Source of the DNA: Bacilli bacterium
GTDB lineage: Bacteria; Bacillota_I; Bacilli_A; RF39; UBA660
Reading direction: 5' to 3'
NCBI GenBank assembly: GCA_017512495.1
Contig: JAFWGF010000045.1
Location: 2,202 to 66,201, forward strand
Length of the DNA stretch: 64,000 nucleotides
The notes beneath the pieces were generated by a model, which saw nothing but the letters and a program-made list of their open reading frames with translations, did no database searches and had not been told where the DNA came from. Made by a program: the position numbers and the translations under genes. This document shows, piece by piece, positions 9,311 through 17,843 of the stretch (position 1 is the stretch's first letter; every line of letters begins with the position of its first letter).

Positions 9311-11017
9311 TTATTCTACTATATATGGATTATTCTTACTTCCATCACCACTAGTATACAATGTCCCCGGTCTTAGAGAGACTACAGGACGAACACCACT
9401 GAAACTATATACGTTGTTGTTGCTAATTTTACCCACTGAACTGACACTACGCACATAAGGATTAGTGTAGTAGCTGCTGAAACTGTTAGGCGAAATGAGC
9501 TCATAACCACTCCCTGTTTTTCGAATATTGTCATTATTTAGTAGATATGTTTCTGATGATGTTAATAATCCTACTGGATATGTTAACATAGCTTTTGAGT
9601 TTGATAAACTAAATTTATCGGTTGTATTTGTACAACTCAAATCTCCATTTAAATTAGAATTTTTAAATTCAAGATGTCCTTCTTTATCTCCTCCATTTGG
9701 ATTCCAACCACCTAACGAATATATACTTCTATCATTGCAAAATATTGTGTCTTCTAATCTAGCTGTATAATTTGTCATGTTTGTTTCATACCAATTATCT
9801 ATTGCTGTTTTAATAGTTGAATTTGTTTGATTGACATTGTCGGCTGATAACATATCTGTTAAACACTGTTCAATTGTTCTTCCATCGCTTATTTCCATAT
9901 AGTAATTTTTATAGTAATAATATCTCACTGCACTACATGTTCCGGTTGTATTATTACATGTATAATGATGAGTTGAATCATATGTTGTTGATGTACTAGT
10001 TAGAGTGTAATTTCCTCCGTTATATGTTACTCCTGTTCCAAATAGGCTTCCACTTGTTGCAGCACTTTCTGCTTTATATGTTTTTACTGTATTTGGATTA
10101 TACATATATCCTACATAGGCTAATGAATTCCAATTAGTATTAAATGCTGATGTTCCTATAGTAGTATCAGCCCCACTATTATTACATTGTCCACTACTTG
10201 GTATTCCATTATAAACTAATTTAACTCCACCCGTATCTGTTGTTCTTATCATTTGCCAGCAAAAGTCTGCAAATATAACATTATTCATATCTGTAATTGC
10301 TGTTCCATTTGTATCATTACTTCCATACCAATAATAGATATTCTTTGATGGTTCTTCAGTAAATGAATCATGATGATTTCCTGTATATCTTTTAGCATAT
10401 GTTCTTTCTGCAGCTGCATCTTTTAAGACATTATACAATCGCTTTGGTTCAAACGCATCATCATCAGCTTGTTTATATTTAACTGTGAATTGTAATGTCA
10501 GAGTTTGATTTGTTGCTGGTATTTGATTTAATTCTATATCATCTCTATATTTTATTCTTACTTTGTATGTTTCTGTTGTTCCTGCAGCTAGTAATTGATT
10601 AATCGCTAATGGAACATCATCTGCATAACTTATTGTATATTCTAAATAATTTGGTAGATTGGTTATTGTTGCTCCATTAAGCTTAGATGTAATACTCTCT
10701 ATCATTCCATCTATTGTACCTGAGTTAACCGCATCTACAGTAAACTCATAATAATCTCCTGGAACATTTAATACTACTGAATATGTTACTGTTGTCTGAT
10801 CACTATTAATTGTTGGTGTAGATGCACTTACTGATCCTTCTTTTACTTGGACATTCTCCCAATGAATATTCCATGTAGGTGCTCCCATATTAGCTGTTCC
10901 ATTGATATTTAAATTACTCTGTATAAGGGCATATCCTATTCCTAGTATGAGAATTAATAATATAATAGCATTCTTCATACTTTGTTGTTTTCTTTGAATA
11001 AATTTATTCTTTCTCAT
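9311..11017 (-). CDS. Secreted or membrane-anchored protein, paralog family member B (same N-terminal module, large distinct C-terminal region)
   Basis: 568 aa. ILGIGYALIQSNLNINGTANM plus the same ~190 aa module as 3289-4383 and 26440-27423. This is followed by ~370 aa rich in N, T, Y and G, ending GVRPVVSLRPGTLYTSGDGSKNNPYIVE. Confidence 0.8.
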   Translation of the reverse strand: MRKNKFIQRKQQSMKNAIILLILILGIGYALIQSNLNINGTANMGAPTWNIHWENVQVKEGSVSASTPTINSDQTTVTYSVVLNVPGDYYEFTVDAVNSGTIDGMIESITSKLNGATITNLPNYLEYTISYADDVPLAINQLLAAGTTETYKVRIKYRDDIELNQIPATNQTLTLQFTVKYKQADDDAFEPKRLYNVLKDAAAERTYAKRYTGNHHDSFTEEPSKNIYYWYGSNDTNGTAITDMNNVIFADFCWQMIRTTDTGGVKLVYNGIPSSGQCNNSGADTTIGTSAFNTNWNSLAYVGYMYNPNTVKTYKAESAATSGSLFGTGVTYNGGNYTLTSTSTTYDSTHHYTCNNTTGTCSAVRYYYYKNYYMEISDGRTIEQCLTDMLSADNVNQTNSTIKTAIDNWYETNMTNYTARLEDTIFCNDRSIYSLGGWNPNGGDKEGHLEFKNSNLNGDLSCTNTTDKFSLSNSKAMLTYPVGLLTSSETYLLNNDNIRKTGSGYELISPNSFSSYYTNPYVRSVSSVGKISNNNVYSFSGVRPVVSLRPGTLYTSGDGSKNNPYIVE

Positions 11018-11067
11018 ACTATCCCTCCTATCATAATTATTATATCAATTGTTCATTCTTTTCACAA

Positions 11068-11095
11068 TAAAAAGACCCTTATGGGTCTCTTTTTA
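11068..11095 (-). terminator. Rho-independent terminator after tyrS
   Basis: AGACCC-TTAT-GGGTCT hairpin (11073-11088) with flanking A and T runs, immediately after the tyrS stop codon. Confidence 0.65.
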
Positions 11096-12319
11096 TTTAT
11101 AAATTCCTATGAAGTATTTCTTCTTACCTCTTCTAATAACAATATATTTATCTTCAATACATTTATCTTTAGAAACTACAAATTCTAAATCAGTTACTTT
11201 TTCACCATTTAATGTGATTGATCCATTATTAATGAATTCACGAGCTTCTCTTTTACTAGAGCATACTCCACCATCTACTAATAAATCAACAATATTCTTA
11301 TCTTCACTTACTTCAAATGGAGTTAATCCTCCAAAAGCCATCTCTACTTCTTTAGCAGTAAAATCTTTTATATTACCACTGAATAATGCTTCAGAAATCT
11401 TAACTGCTTCTTGATAACTTTCTTCACTATGAATGTGAGTAATAATTTCATGAGCTAATGCTTTATGAGCAATTCTCTTCTCTGGATGTTCATTATTCTC
11501 TTTCTCAATCTTTTCAATTTCTTCTTTAGATAAGAAAGTTAATTTCTTTAAGTAATCAATAATCATACAATCTTCTAGATTAATTAAGTATTGATAGAAC
11601 TCATAAGAAGATGTTTTATTCTCATCTAACCATAAAGCATTACCTTCAGTTTTACCAAACTTATTACCTTGAGAATCAGTAATAAGAGGCATTACCATAC
11701 CATAAGCTTCTTTATCTAATTTCTTTCTAATTAATTCAATACCAGCAGTTATATTACCCCATTGATCTGAACCAGCTACTTGTAATTCACAGTTTTCTTC
11801 TTTAAATAAGTAATAGAAATCCATTGCTTGTAATAACATATAAGAAAATTCTGTATAAGTAATACCTACATCCATTCTTGATTTAACATGATCTTTAGCA
11901 AGCATATAATTAATATTAAAGTATTTACCATAATCTCTTAAGAAATCACAAATATTAATATCTTTTGTCCAATCCCAGTTATTAACTACTTCAAATCCAA
12001 ATATCTTTTTAGCTTGAGCAGTTAATCCTTTAGCATTCTTTTCTATTTCTTCTTTAGAAACTAATGGTCTTTCTGAATTTGGTTTAGGATCTCCTATTAA
12101 TCCAGTAGCTCCTCCTACTAGTAAAAGTGGTCTATGACCTGCTTTGGCTAATCTCGTACATATTAAAAATGATGAATAGTGTCCTATATGCATAGAATCA
12201 GCTGTTGGATCTGTTCCTATATATAAAGTCATTCCTCCATTATTTAATTTATCAATTAGGTTTGGACTACTTATTTCTTGAATTAGTCCTCTCCACACTA
12301 AGTCTTCATATACTGTCAT
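11093..12319 (-). CDS. tyrS: Tyrosine--tRNA ligase
   Basis: 408 aa. HIGH-type motif (SMHIGHY), KMSKS-type motif (KFGKT), C-terminal S4-like domain. ATGA overlap with the upstream CYTH gene. Confidence 0.97.
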   Translation of the reverse strand: MTVYEDLVWRGLIQEISSPNLIDKLNNGGMTLYIGTDPTADSMHIGHYSSFLICTRLAKAGHRPLLLVGGATGLIGDPKPNSERPLVSKEEIEKNAKGLTAQAKKIFGFEVVNNWDWTKDINICDFLRDYGKYFNINYMLAKDHVKSRMDVGITYTEFSYMLLQAMDFYYLFKEENCELQVAGSDQWGNITAGIELIRKKLDKEAYGMVMPLITDSQGNKFGKTEGNALWLDENKTSSYEFYQYLINLEDCMIIDYLKKLTFLSKEEIEKIEKENNEHPEKRIAHKALAHEIITHIHSEESYQEAVKISEALFSGNIKDFTAKEVEMAFGGLTPFEVSEDKNIVDLLVDGGVCSSKREAREFINNGSITLNGEKVTDLEFVVSKDKCIEDKYIVIRRGKKKYFIGIYK

Positions 12320-12861
12320 TTTCTTTCCTCCTCCAATTTTAAACTCTTTATTTTTTTAACATCATGACCGTAGTCTGTGTAAATACCATCTACATCTTTA
12401 GCTGTGCATTCTTCTCTATTATAACCTAAAAGTTCAACTATTTCATAGACCTTTTCTTCACTTGGTCCCTCTATCTCCAAATAAGTAGGTATTAACGGCC
12501 AATAGTCTATATCTATTTCTACTCCGTCATATTTATATTGAACTCTTCTATTTTCTTGATAACCTCTATCTTCATAACCTAATTCTTTTAATATTTGATA
12601 GCATTTATCAAAGTCATCTACTTCTATTTCTAATTCTCTAGTACCATCTATATCACTGGATACTATTTCCTTAATAGTAAGTGTTGTCTTTTTACCATTA
12701 GTACGAAGTCTTATCCATTTACTATCCACTTTTGGAATAAAATCATAGACATATCTTCTTTGCAATAAATCCCATTCTTTTGAAGCCCCTATTTTTTCTA
12801 ATCTTTTAATAGCATCTTCAGCATCAATTTCTAGGATTCTAACTTCATACTCTGTCTCCAT
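12316..12861 (-). CDS. CYTH-domain protein (triphosphate tunnel metalloenzyme / class IV adenylate cyclase-like)
   Basis: 181 aa. N-terminal EYEVRILEI (ExExK-like). Alternating beta-strand pattern with charged residues (WIRLRT, LTIKE, ELEIEV, IDIDYWP, YLEIEG). Confidence 0.75.
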   Translation of the reverse strand: METEYEVRILEIDAEDAIKRLEKIGASKEWDLLQRRYVYDFIPKVDSKWIRLRTNGKKTTLTIKEIVSSDIDGTRELEIEVDDFDKCYQILKELGYEDRGYQENRRVQYKYDGVEIDIDYWPLIPTYLEIEGPSEEKVYEIVELLGYNREECTAKDVDGIYTDYGHDVKKIKSLKLEEERK

Positions 12862-12867
12862 ATATCA

Positions 12868-13082
12868 TGCCTCCTAAAAAAAAAGAACAATTAATCCATA
12901 AGGACGAATTATTCGCGGTACCACCTTAATTCATGTATTACACATGCACTTTAAGTCTTAACGCGACCAACGCTTTCCTCATGAATATGTAATTCATAAA
13001 ACAATTATTATTAACTTCCACCTAACGTTAACTCTCTACAAATAATTTATTTTACTACTAGTATTCCTTCATCGAAAATACA
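12868..13082 (-). promoter_or_regulatory. T-box leader (probable Tyr specifier) with intrinsic terminator, controlling CYTH-tyrS
   Basis: The minus strand reads AATTAAGGTGGTACCGCG (T-box, 12914-12931), followed by a terminator hairpin and a T9 run. Stem I elements TTCGATGAAGGAATACTAGTA and an AGAGA box are present. Candidate specifier UAC is at 12989-12991. The promoter is TTGACT (13110-13115), 16 nt, TGATAAGAT (-10 at 13088-13093). Confidence 0.85.
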
Positions 13083-13126
13083 TATATATCTTATCACATA
13101 AAGAAAAAAAGTCAATAATTTGACTT

Positions 13127-13525
13127 TTATTTATCTTCTAATTTCTTTAATGCTTCTTTTGATGCTTTAATTACAGTTTGTAATAAATCTTCTGCACTTT
13201 CTTTTAAAACTGGAGTTCCTTTTTCCTTAGCTAATTTTACTAAATCTTCTGCTTGTTTCTTTAAATCTTTTCCTTTTTCTTTAGCAATAGCTACAGCTTT
13301 CTCTTTGTCTAAATCAGCTAATTCTGTTTTAATTTCTGCTACTTTAACATCAAATTCTTTTTTTACATCATCAGCATCGATTTCTTTTACTTGTTTTAGT
13401 AAATCATCTAGCTTAACTTTTAATTCCTTTCTAGTTTCTTCACCTTTCTTAGGGGCAAATAATAATCCTAGTCCAGCTCCAATAGCAGCTCCAAAAGCAA
13501 TTTTTCCAAATCCTTTCTTACTCAT
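13127..13525 (-). CDS. YtxH-domain general-stress-type protein
   Basis: N-terminal GFGKIAFGAAIGAGLGLLFAPKKGEETRKELK is the YtxH signature. The rest is lysine/glutamate-rich helical sequence. GAGGAGG lies 9 nt before ATG 13525. Confidence 0.8.
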   Translation of the reverse strand: MSKKGFGKIAFGAAIGAGLGLLFAPKKGEETRKELKVKLDDLLKQVKEIDADDVKKEFDVKVAEIKTELADLDKEKAVAIAKEKGKDLKKQAEDLVKLAKEKGTPVLKESAEDLLQTVIKASKEALKKLEDK

Positions 13526-13808
13526 AAACATTATCCTCCTCTTTACGTTTTTTATTAAACATTTTTGAAATAGCAGTTGTTACACCGAACACTACAGAAT
13601 CACTTATATTAGCAATTCCACTTACTGCTTTATTCATTGTATTAATAGCATTATCAAAAGATGCAACTTTTGATTCTACATTTTCTATTACTTTGTCAAC
13701 TCTATCTAGCATTCCTAAAATTCTTATTCCAATTATTATTAGTACAATTAATAATACAATTGCGACTATATATAATATAATTGGTAAAACTGCACTTAAA
13801 GTTTCCAT
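13518..13808 (-). CDS. DUF948-type small membrane protein
   Basis: 96 aa, one N-terminal TM helix followed by a helical region. DUF948 and YtxH genes are commonly adjacent in Firmicutes. Confidence 0.65.
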   Translation of the reverse strand: METLSAVLPIILYIVAIVLLIVLIIIGIRILGMLDRVDKVIENVESKVASFDNAINTMNKAVSGIANISDSVVFGVTTAISKMFNKKRKEEDNVYE

Positions 13809-13819
13809 TATATCACCTC

Positions 13820-14866
13820 TTAATTATTCTCTTGATACATTGAATCAATTAAATCAAATAAATTATCATCGTCTTCTTTTGTACTCTCTGCTGGTGATTC
13901 TTTTTCTTCTATTTCTTTTTCTCCTTTTTCTTTTACTTCTTCTTTTAGTTTAGGTACTATTACTTCTTCTTTTTCTTCTTTAACAACTTCTTCTTTAGTT
14001 TGTTTTTTATCAGTACTAGCATCAACATAATCTACATTATATTCTAACCCTAAATCTTGAAAATATTCCAAAGCATCTCCAACAGTTAATTCTTTTACTT
14101 CTGGTTTTGATTTATCACTTAAATCAACCATTAAACTTTCATCATCTTCTTCTGTTTCAAACTTTACTGGTTTTTCTTCTTCTTTTTCTTTACCATAAGC
14201 CTTATTTCTAATATCATCTACATTCATATTACTTCTAGAATAAGAACTTATTTTAACTTCTCTTTTTTCCTTAACATCTTCCTTTTTATAATTCTTATCT
14301 AAAATACCATAAATTGGTGAAATAATTGGACTTGGTTTAAAGTAAGTCTTTTCTTCATATCTCTCATATGTACCATATTGATGAACAGGCACCTTATATG
14401 AATTATCCATTCCATAAGGTCTACTTTCTTGGTTATTAGAGTAAGCTTTTTCTTGATAATAATTATATTCTGGTTCTTTTCTTTCTCTTACTTCTTCCTT
14501 AACCTCTTCTTTTATTTCTATTTCAGGTTCATTATCAATAATTTCAGGTTCATCATCAGAATAGTCATCATCAACTTTAAAATCTTCATCATCCATGAAT
14601 TTAAAGCTTTCTTTAACATCTTCTTTTACTACTTCTTCTTTAGGTCTAACTTCGAAGTCTTCATCTAATAATTCTTCTTCTTCGATCTCTTCAACCTTTT
14701 CTTCTTTCTTACCCGGTAAAACTATCTTTTTAGCAATAGGTTTCTTTTCTGCTTTTGGCTCTTTTGGTTCTTTATGTTTAACCTTCTTTTCTTTCTTTGG
14801 TGGTTCTTCTACTTCAACATATTCTACTTCAAAAAGAGCATTCTTAATCTTATCTAACACACCCAT
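13820..14866 (-). CDS. Glu/Lys-rich low-complexity protein with an N-terminal amphipathic helix, function unknown
   Basis: 348 aa. MGVLDKIKNALFEVEYVEV is followed by long KEE/EEV tracts. Two short non-repetitive islands are present (SPIISPIYGILDKNY; LTVGDALEYFQDLGLEYNVDYVD). Confidence 0.6.
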   Translation of the reverse strand: MGVLDKIKNALFEVEYVEVEEPPKKEKKVKHKEPKEPKAEKKPIAKKIVLPGKKEEKVEEIEEEELLDEDFEVRPKEEVVKEDVKESFKFMDDEDFKVDDDYSDDEPEIIDNEPEIEIKEEVKEEVRERKEPEYNYYQEKAYSNNQESRPYGMDNSYKVPVHQYGTYERYEEKTYFKPSPIISPIYGILDKNYKKEDVKEKREVKISSYSRSNMNVDDIRNKAYGKEKEEEKPVKFETEEDDESLMVDLSDKSKPEVKELTVGDALEYFQDLGLEYNVDYVDASTDKKQTKEEVVKEEKEEVIVPKLKEEVKEKGEKEIEEKESPAESTKEDDDNLFDLIDSMYQENN

Positions 14867-14882
14867 GAGTTCACCTCTTTTA

Positions 14883-15542
14883 TTAATCTTCTAATTCGAT
14901 TTTTTCATCTTCTATATCTTTCTTATATTTATCAGTTTCTTCTCTTTCAACAACATCTAAGAATGATTCTTTAGAAGAATCTGCTTTAAATAGATTATAC
15001 TCTACTTCTTTATAATCTAAAACATTATCTCCAACTAAACTCTCTAATACTTTGTCATTATATTTAACTGAATTTAAAATATAGCTCAAATTAATAATAA
15101 CATCATTCAAGTCTTCTTTAGAAACATATGCCTCTATTTTAACATAATTATATACATATTGAATAAAATATTTAGAATCAATTTCTTCTATTTGAATATA
15201 ACCATCTTTCTTATTATACTTAATTTTTTTAGAAAGATATAAATCATAGTTTTCTTCATAACTATTCTTTACTTTATTATAATATCCAATTACATCTACA
15301 TACAAATAATACTTATTATTAAGTCTATCTTTTAATACAGCATTAAAATCATCTTTACTAACAAAGTTTATTCCTTTAGGTAAATAATACTTATACCCAT
15401 CATAATAAACATTATGTAGTTTACCTTTTTCTGACATTATTGTATCTATATTTTTCTCAATATTGTTGTCATTTAATTTAACAACACTACAACCTGTCAT
15501 AAAAAGTAAAATAGCAGAGAGTAAAACAGTTAATTTTTTCAT
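14883..15542 (-). CDS. Lipoprotein, function unknown
   Basis: MKKLTVLLSAILLFMTGCS is a signal peptide with a lipobox (L-F-M-T-G-C). Confidence 0.75.
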   Translation of the reverse strand: MKKLTVLLSAILLFMTGCSVVKLNDNNIEKNIDTIMSEKGKLHNVYYDGYKYYLPKGINFVSKDDFNAVLKDRLNNKYYLYVDVIGYYNKVKNSYEENYDLYLSKKIKYNKKDGYIQIEEIDSKYFIQYVYNYVKIEAYVSKEDLNDVIINLSYILNSVKYNDKVLESLVGDNVLDYKEVEYNLFKADSSKESFLDVVEREETDKYKKDIEDEKIELED

Positions 15543-15602
15543 ATTTCACCTACTCTTATTATATTATAACATCTTTTTGTTAAATGTGGAAATATTTTAT
15601 AG

Positions 15603-16247
15603 TTATTTACGTTTTTTAACAAAACCCTTACTACACAATAAATAGTATATTGGTAAACCTTCACTACTAAACTTATCTTCATATTCAGTAGTAATTTCTG
15701 GGACTTCTTCTTTGTGAAAATCTAAACTTACTTTATTCAATACATATCCATATTCACTAAAACTAACTAATGAATACTCAAATAACTCTCTATTATCAGT
15801 ACGCATTTCTATAGTTTTATCTTTCTTAAAAATACTATCATATTTTGTTAAAAATACTTTACTAGATAATCTACGCAAATGATGTCTATTTTTAGGCCAT
15901 GGATCTGAAAAATTTAAAAAGATATGCTCTATCTCATGATCAAATACTTGATCTATATCCAAAGCATTACATCTAAGCATAACTAAGTTATTTAATCCTT
16001 CAGGTATTTTCTTCAATGCCTTAGCAATAACACTATCATACTTTTCAATTCCAATGAAATTAATATTAGGATATTTAATTGCATTCTCAATAATAAATTT
16101 ACCTTTTCCCATACCAATCTCAATGTATATTGGATTATTATTATTAAAATACTTACTCCATTTACCTTTTAATTCATAATAATTCTTTACTAAATAAGTA
16201 GAATTATTCATAATTATGTCTTTGTTTTTCACATTTCTAAGTCTCAT
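15603..16247 (-). CDS. trmB: tRNA (guanine-N7)-methyltransferase
   Basis: IEIGMGKGKFI (SAM-binding) and FSDPWPKNRHHLRRL motifs. ATG 16247 (MRLRNVKN) is preceded by AGGTGGA; the 31-codon upstream extension in the track has no support. Confidence 0.9.
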   Translation of the reverse strand: MRLRNVKNKDIIMNNSTYLVKNYYELKGKWSKYFNNNNPIYIEIGMGKGKFIIENAIKYPNINFIGIEKYDSVIAKALKKIPEGLNNLVMLRCNALDIDQVFDHEIEHIFLNFSDPWPKNRHHLRRLSSKVFLTKYDSIFKKDKTIEMRTDNRELFEYSLVSFSEYGYVLNKVSLDFHKEEVPEITTEYEDKFSSEGLPIYYLLCSKGFVKKRK

Positions 16248-16529
16248 ATATCCACCTGGTTCTATTTTATCACAGATAGTGCTAATTTGCATAATATATA
16301 AAGAAAGTTGGTGCTTATATGAATAATTTTCCATATCCAATTATATTTCCTAATAATTGTGAAATTGCGATTATTAGAGAAAAGCTAAAGGAATTAGAAG
16401 AAAGAATAAAATTATTAGAAAATGAAAAGAACGATAATTATCTTCAAGAAGATAACAATTACTATATGATTTAACTATACTATTCTTCGATAACTATGAT
16501 ATACTAATTCTAGGAAAGTGAGGCATTAT

Positions 16530-17843
16530 ATGTTAAAGCTTAAAAACCTAGAAAAAGAACAATTTGATAACTATGTTAGAGATCATAAAACAAAATCACA
16601 TTTCTTACAATCTCTAGCTTGGGGAGAATTTGCTAAAGCTAAAAAGAACCTAACTCCTTACTATTTAGGATTAGTTAATGATAATGATGAAGTTGTAGGC
16701 GCAACACTTCTTTTAGAAAAGAAATTACCATTAAATCTTTGCTATTTCTATGCTCCTAGAGGATTTGTATTAGATTACAACAAAAAAGAAATAGTAAGAG
16801 AAATGACTAGTAGAATTAAAGATTTTGCTAAAAATAAAAAAGCTATCTTTGTTAAAATAGATCCTGATATTATTAAAACTTCTTTTAATTATCAAAACGA
16901 AGAAACTGAAAATAAAAATTTTAATGAAATATATAATACGTTAAAATCTTGTGGTTTTAAACACTTAGGATTTACTAAGAACTTTGAAACTATGCAACCT
17001 AGATATACTTTTAGAATTGATTTAAATCAAGATTTAGAAGAAATAGAAAATCATTTCTCTAAGACCACTAAACAAAGAATAGCTAAAGCTAAAAAACTTG
17101 ATACTGAAGTTGTTATCGGAGATAAGAATGATCTTAAAGAGTTTTATCATTTAATGACTTTAACTGAAAATAGAAAAGACTTTATTTCCTATACTGAAGA
17201 CTATTATGAAACATTATATGAAGTATTTAATGGTAATAAAAATAGTAAAGCTACTTTATTCTTAGGTAAAATTATTTTTGATAAAACTATTGAAGCATTA
17301 GAGAAAAATCTAAAAAGTATAAATGATCAAATATCTATTTTACCAATCGATAATCTTAGTAAAAGTGCTAAAAGTAAATTAGCTGAATTAACTAAACAAA
17401 AAGAGAATATCACTAATGAAATTAAAAAATATAAAGATTATAAAAAAGAACATGGTGATGAAATAATTCTAAGTGCTCATATGATTATTGAATATGGCGA
17501 TAAAGCTTGGGTTTTATATGCAGGTAACCATAATATTCTAAGTGAAACTTATGTTAACTATAATACTTATTTTGAACACATTAAGTATTGTAAAGAAAAG
17601 AATATTAAAATATATGATCAGTTTGGTACTATTGGGGATTTAAGTGAAAATAATCCTAGATTAGGATTACATGAATTCAAAAAGAAATTTGGGGGAGACT
17701 ATGTAGAATTCATTGGAGAATTTGATTTAGTAACAAACAAATTAATGTACTTTGTATTTACTAAATTAGTTCCAATCTACCGAAAAATAGTAAGAAACAG
17801 AAGCAAGAAGGAGTTAAAAAATGAAATTAGTAAATCTAACTAA
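16530..17843 (+). CDS. FemAB/MurM-family peptidoglycan interpeptide-bridge aminoacyltransferase
   Basis: ~437 aa. HFLQSLAWGEFK and YAPRGF motifs, a central coiled-coil insert, and C-terminal GLHEFKKKFGG. Typical FemABX layout. Confidence 0.9.
   Translation: MLKLKNLEKEQFDNYVRDHKTKSHFLQSLAWGEFAKAKKNLTPYYLGLVNDNDEVVGATLLLEKKLPLNLCYFYAPRGFVLDYNKKEIVREMTSRIKDFAKNKKAIFVKIDPDIIKTSFNYQNEETENKNFNEIYNTLKSCGFKHLGFTKNFETMQPRYTFRIDLNQDLEEIENHFSKTTKQRIAKAKKLDTEVVIGDKNDLKEFYHLMTLTENRKDFISYTEDYYETLYEVFNGNKNSKATLFLGKIIFDKTIEALEKNLKSINDQISILPIDNLSKSAKSKLAELTKQKENITNEIKKYKDYKKEHGDEIILSAHMIIEYGDKAWVLYAGNHNILSETYVNYNTYFEHIKYCKEKNIKIYDQFGTIGDLSENNPRLGLHEFKKKFGGDYVEFIGEFDLVTNKLMYFVFTKLVPIYRKIVRNRSKKELKNEISKSN

Noticed and set aside
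13305-14894. Plus-strand ORFs 13305-13568, 13693-13953, 14429-14668 and 14595-14894 (Phe/Leu/Ser-rich)
   Set aside because: These are shadow ORFs antisense to the YtxH, DUF948 and Glu/Lys-rich genes. Their composition is the mirror of the Lys/Glu codons, and none has an RBS.
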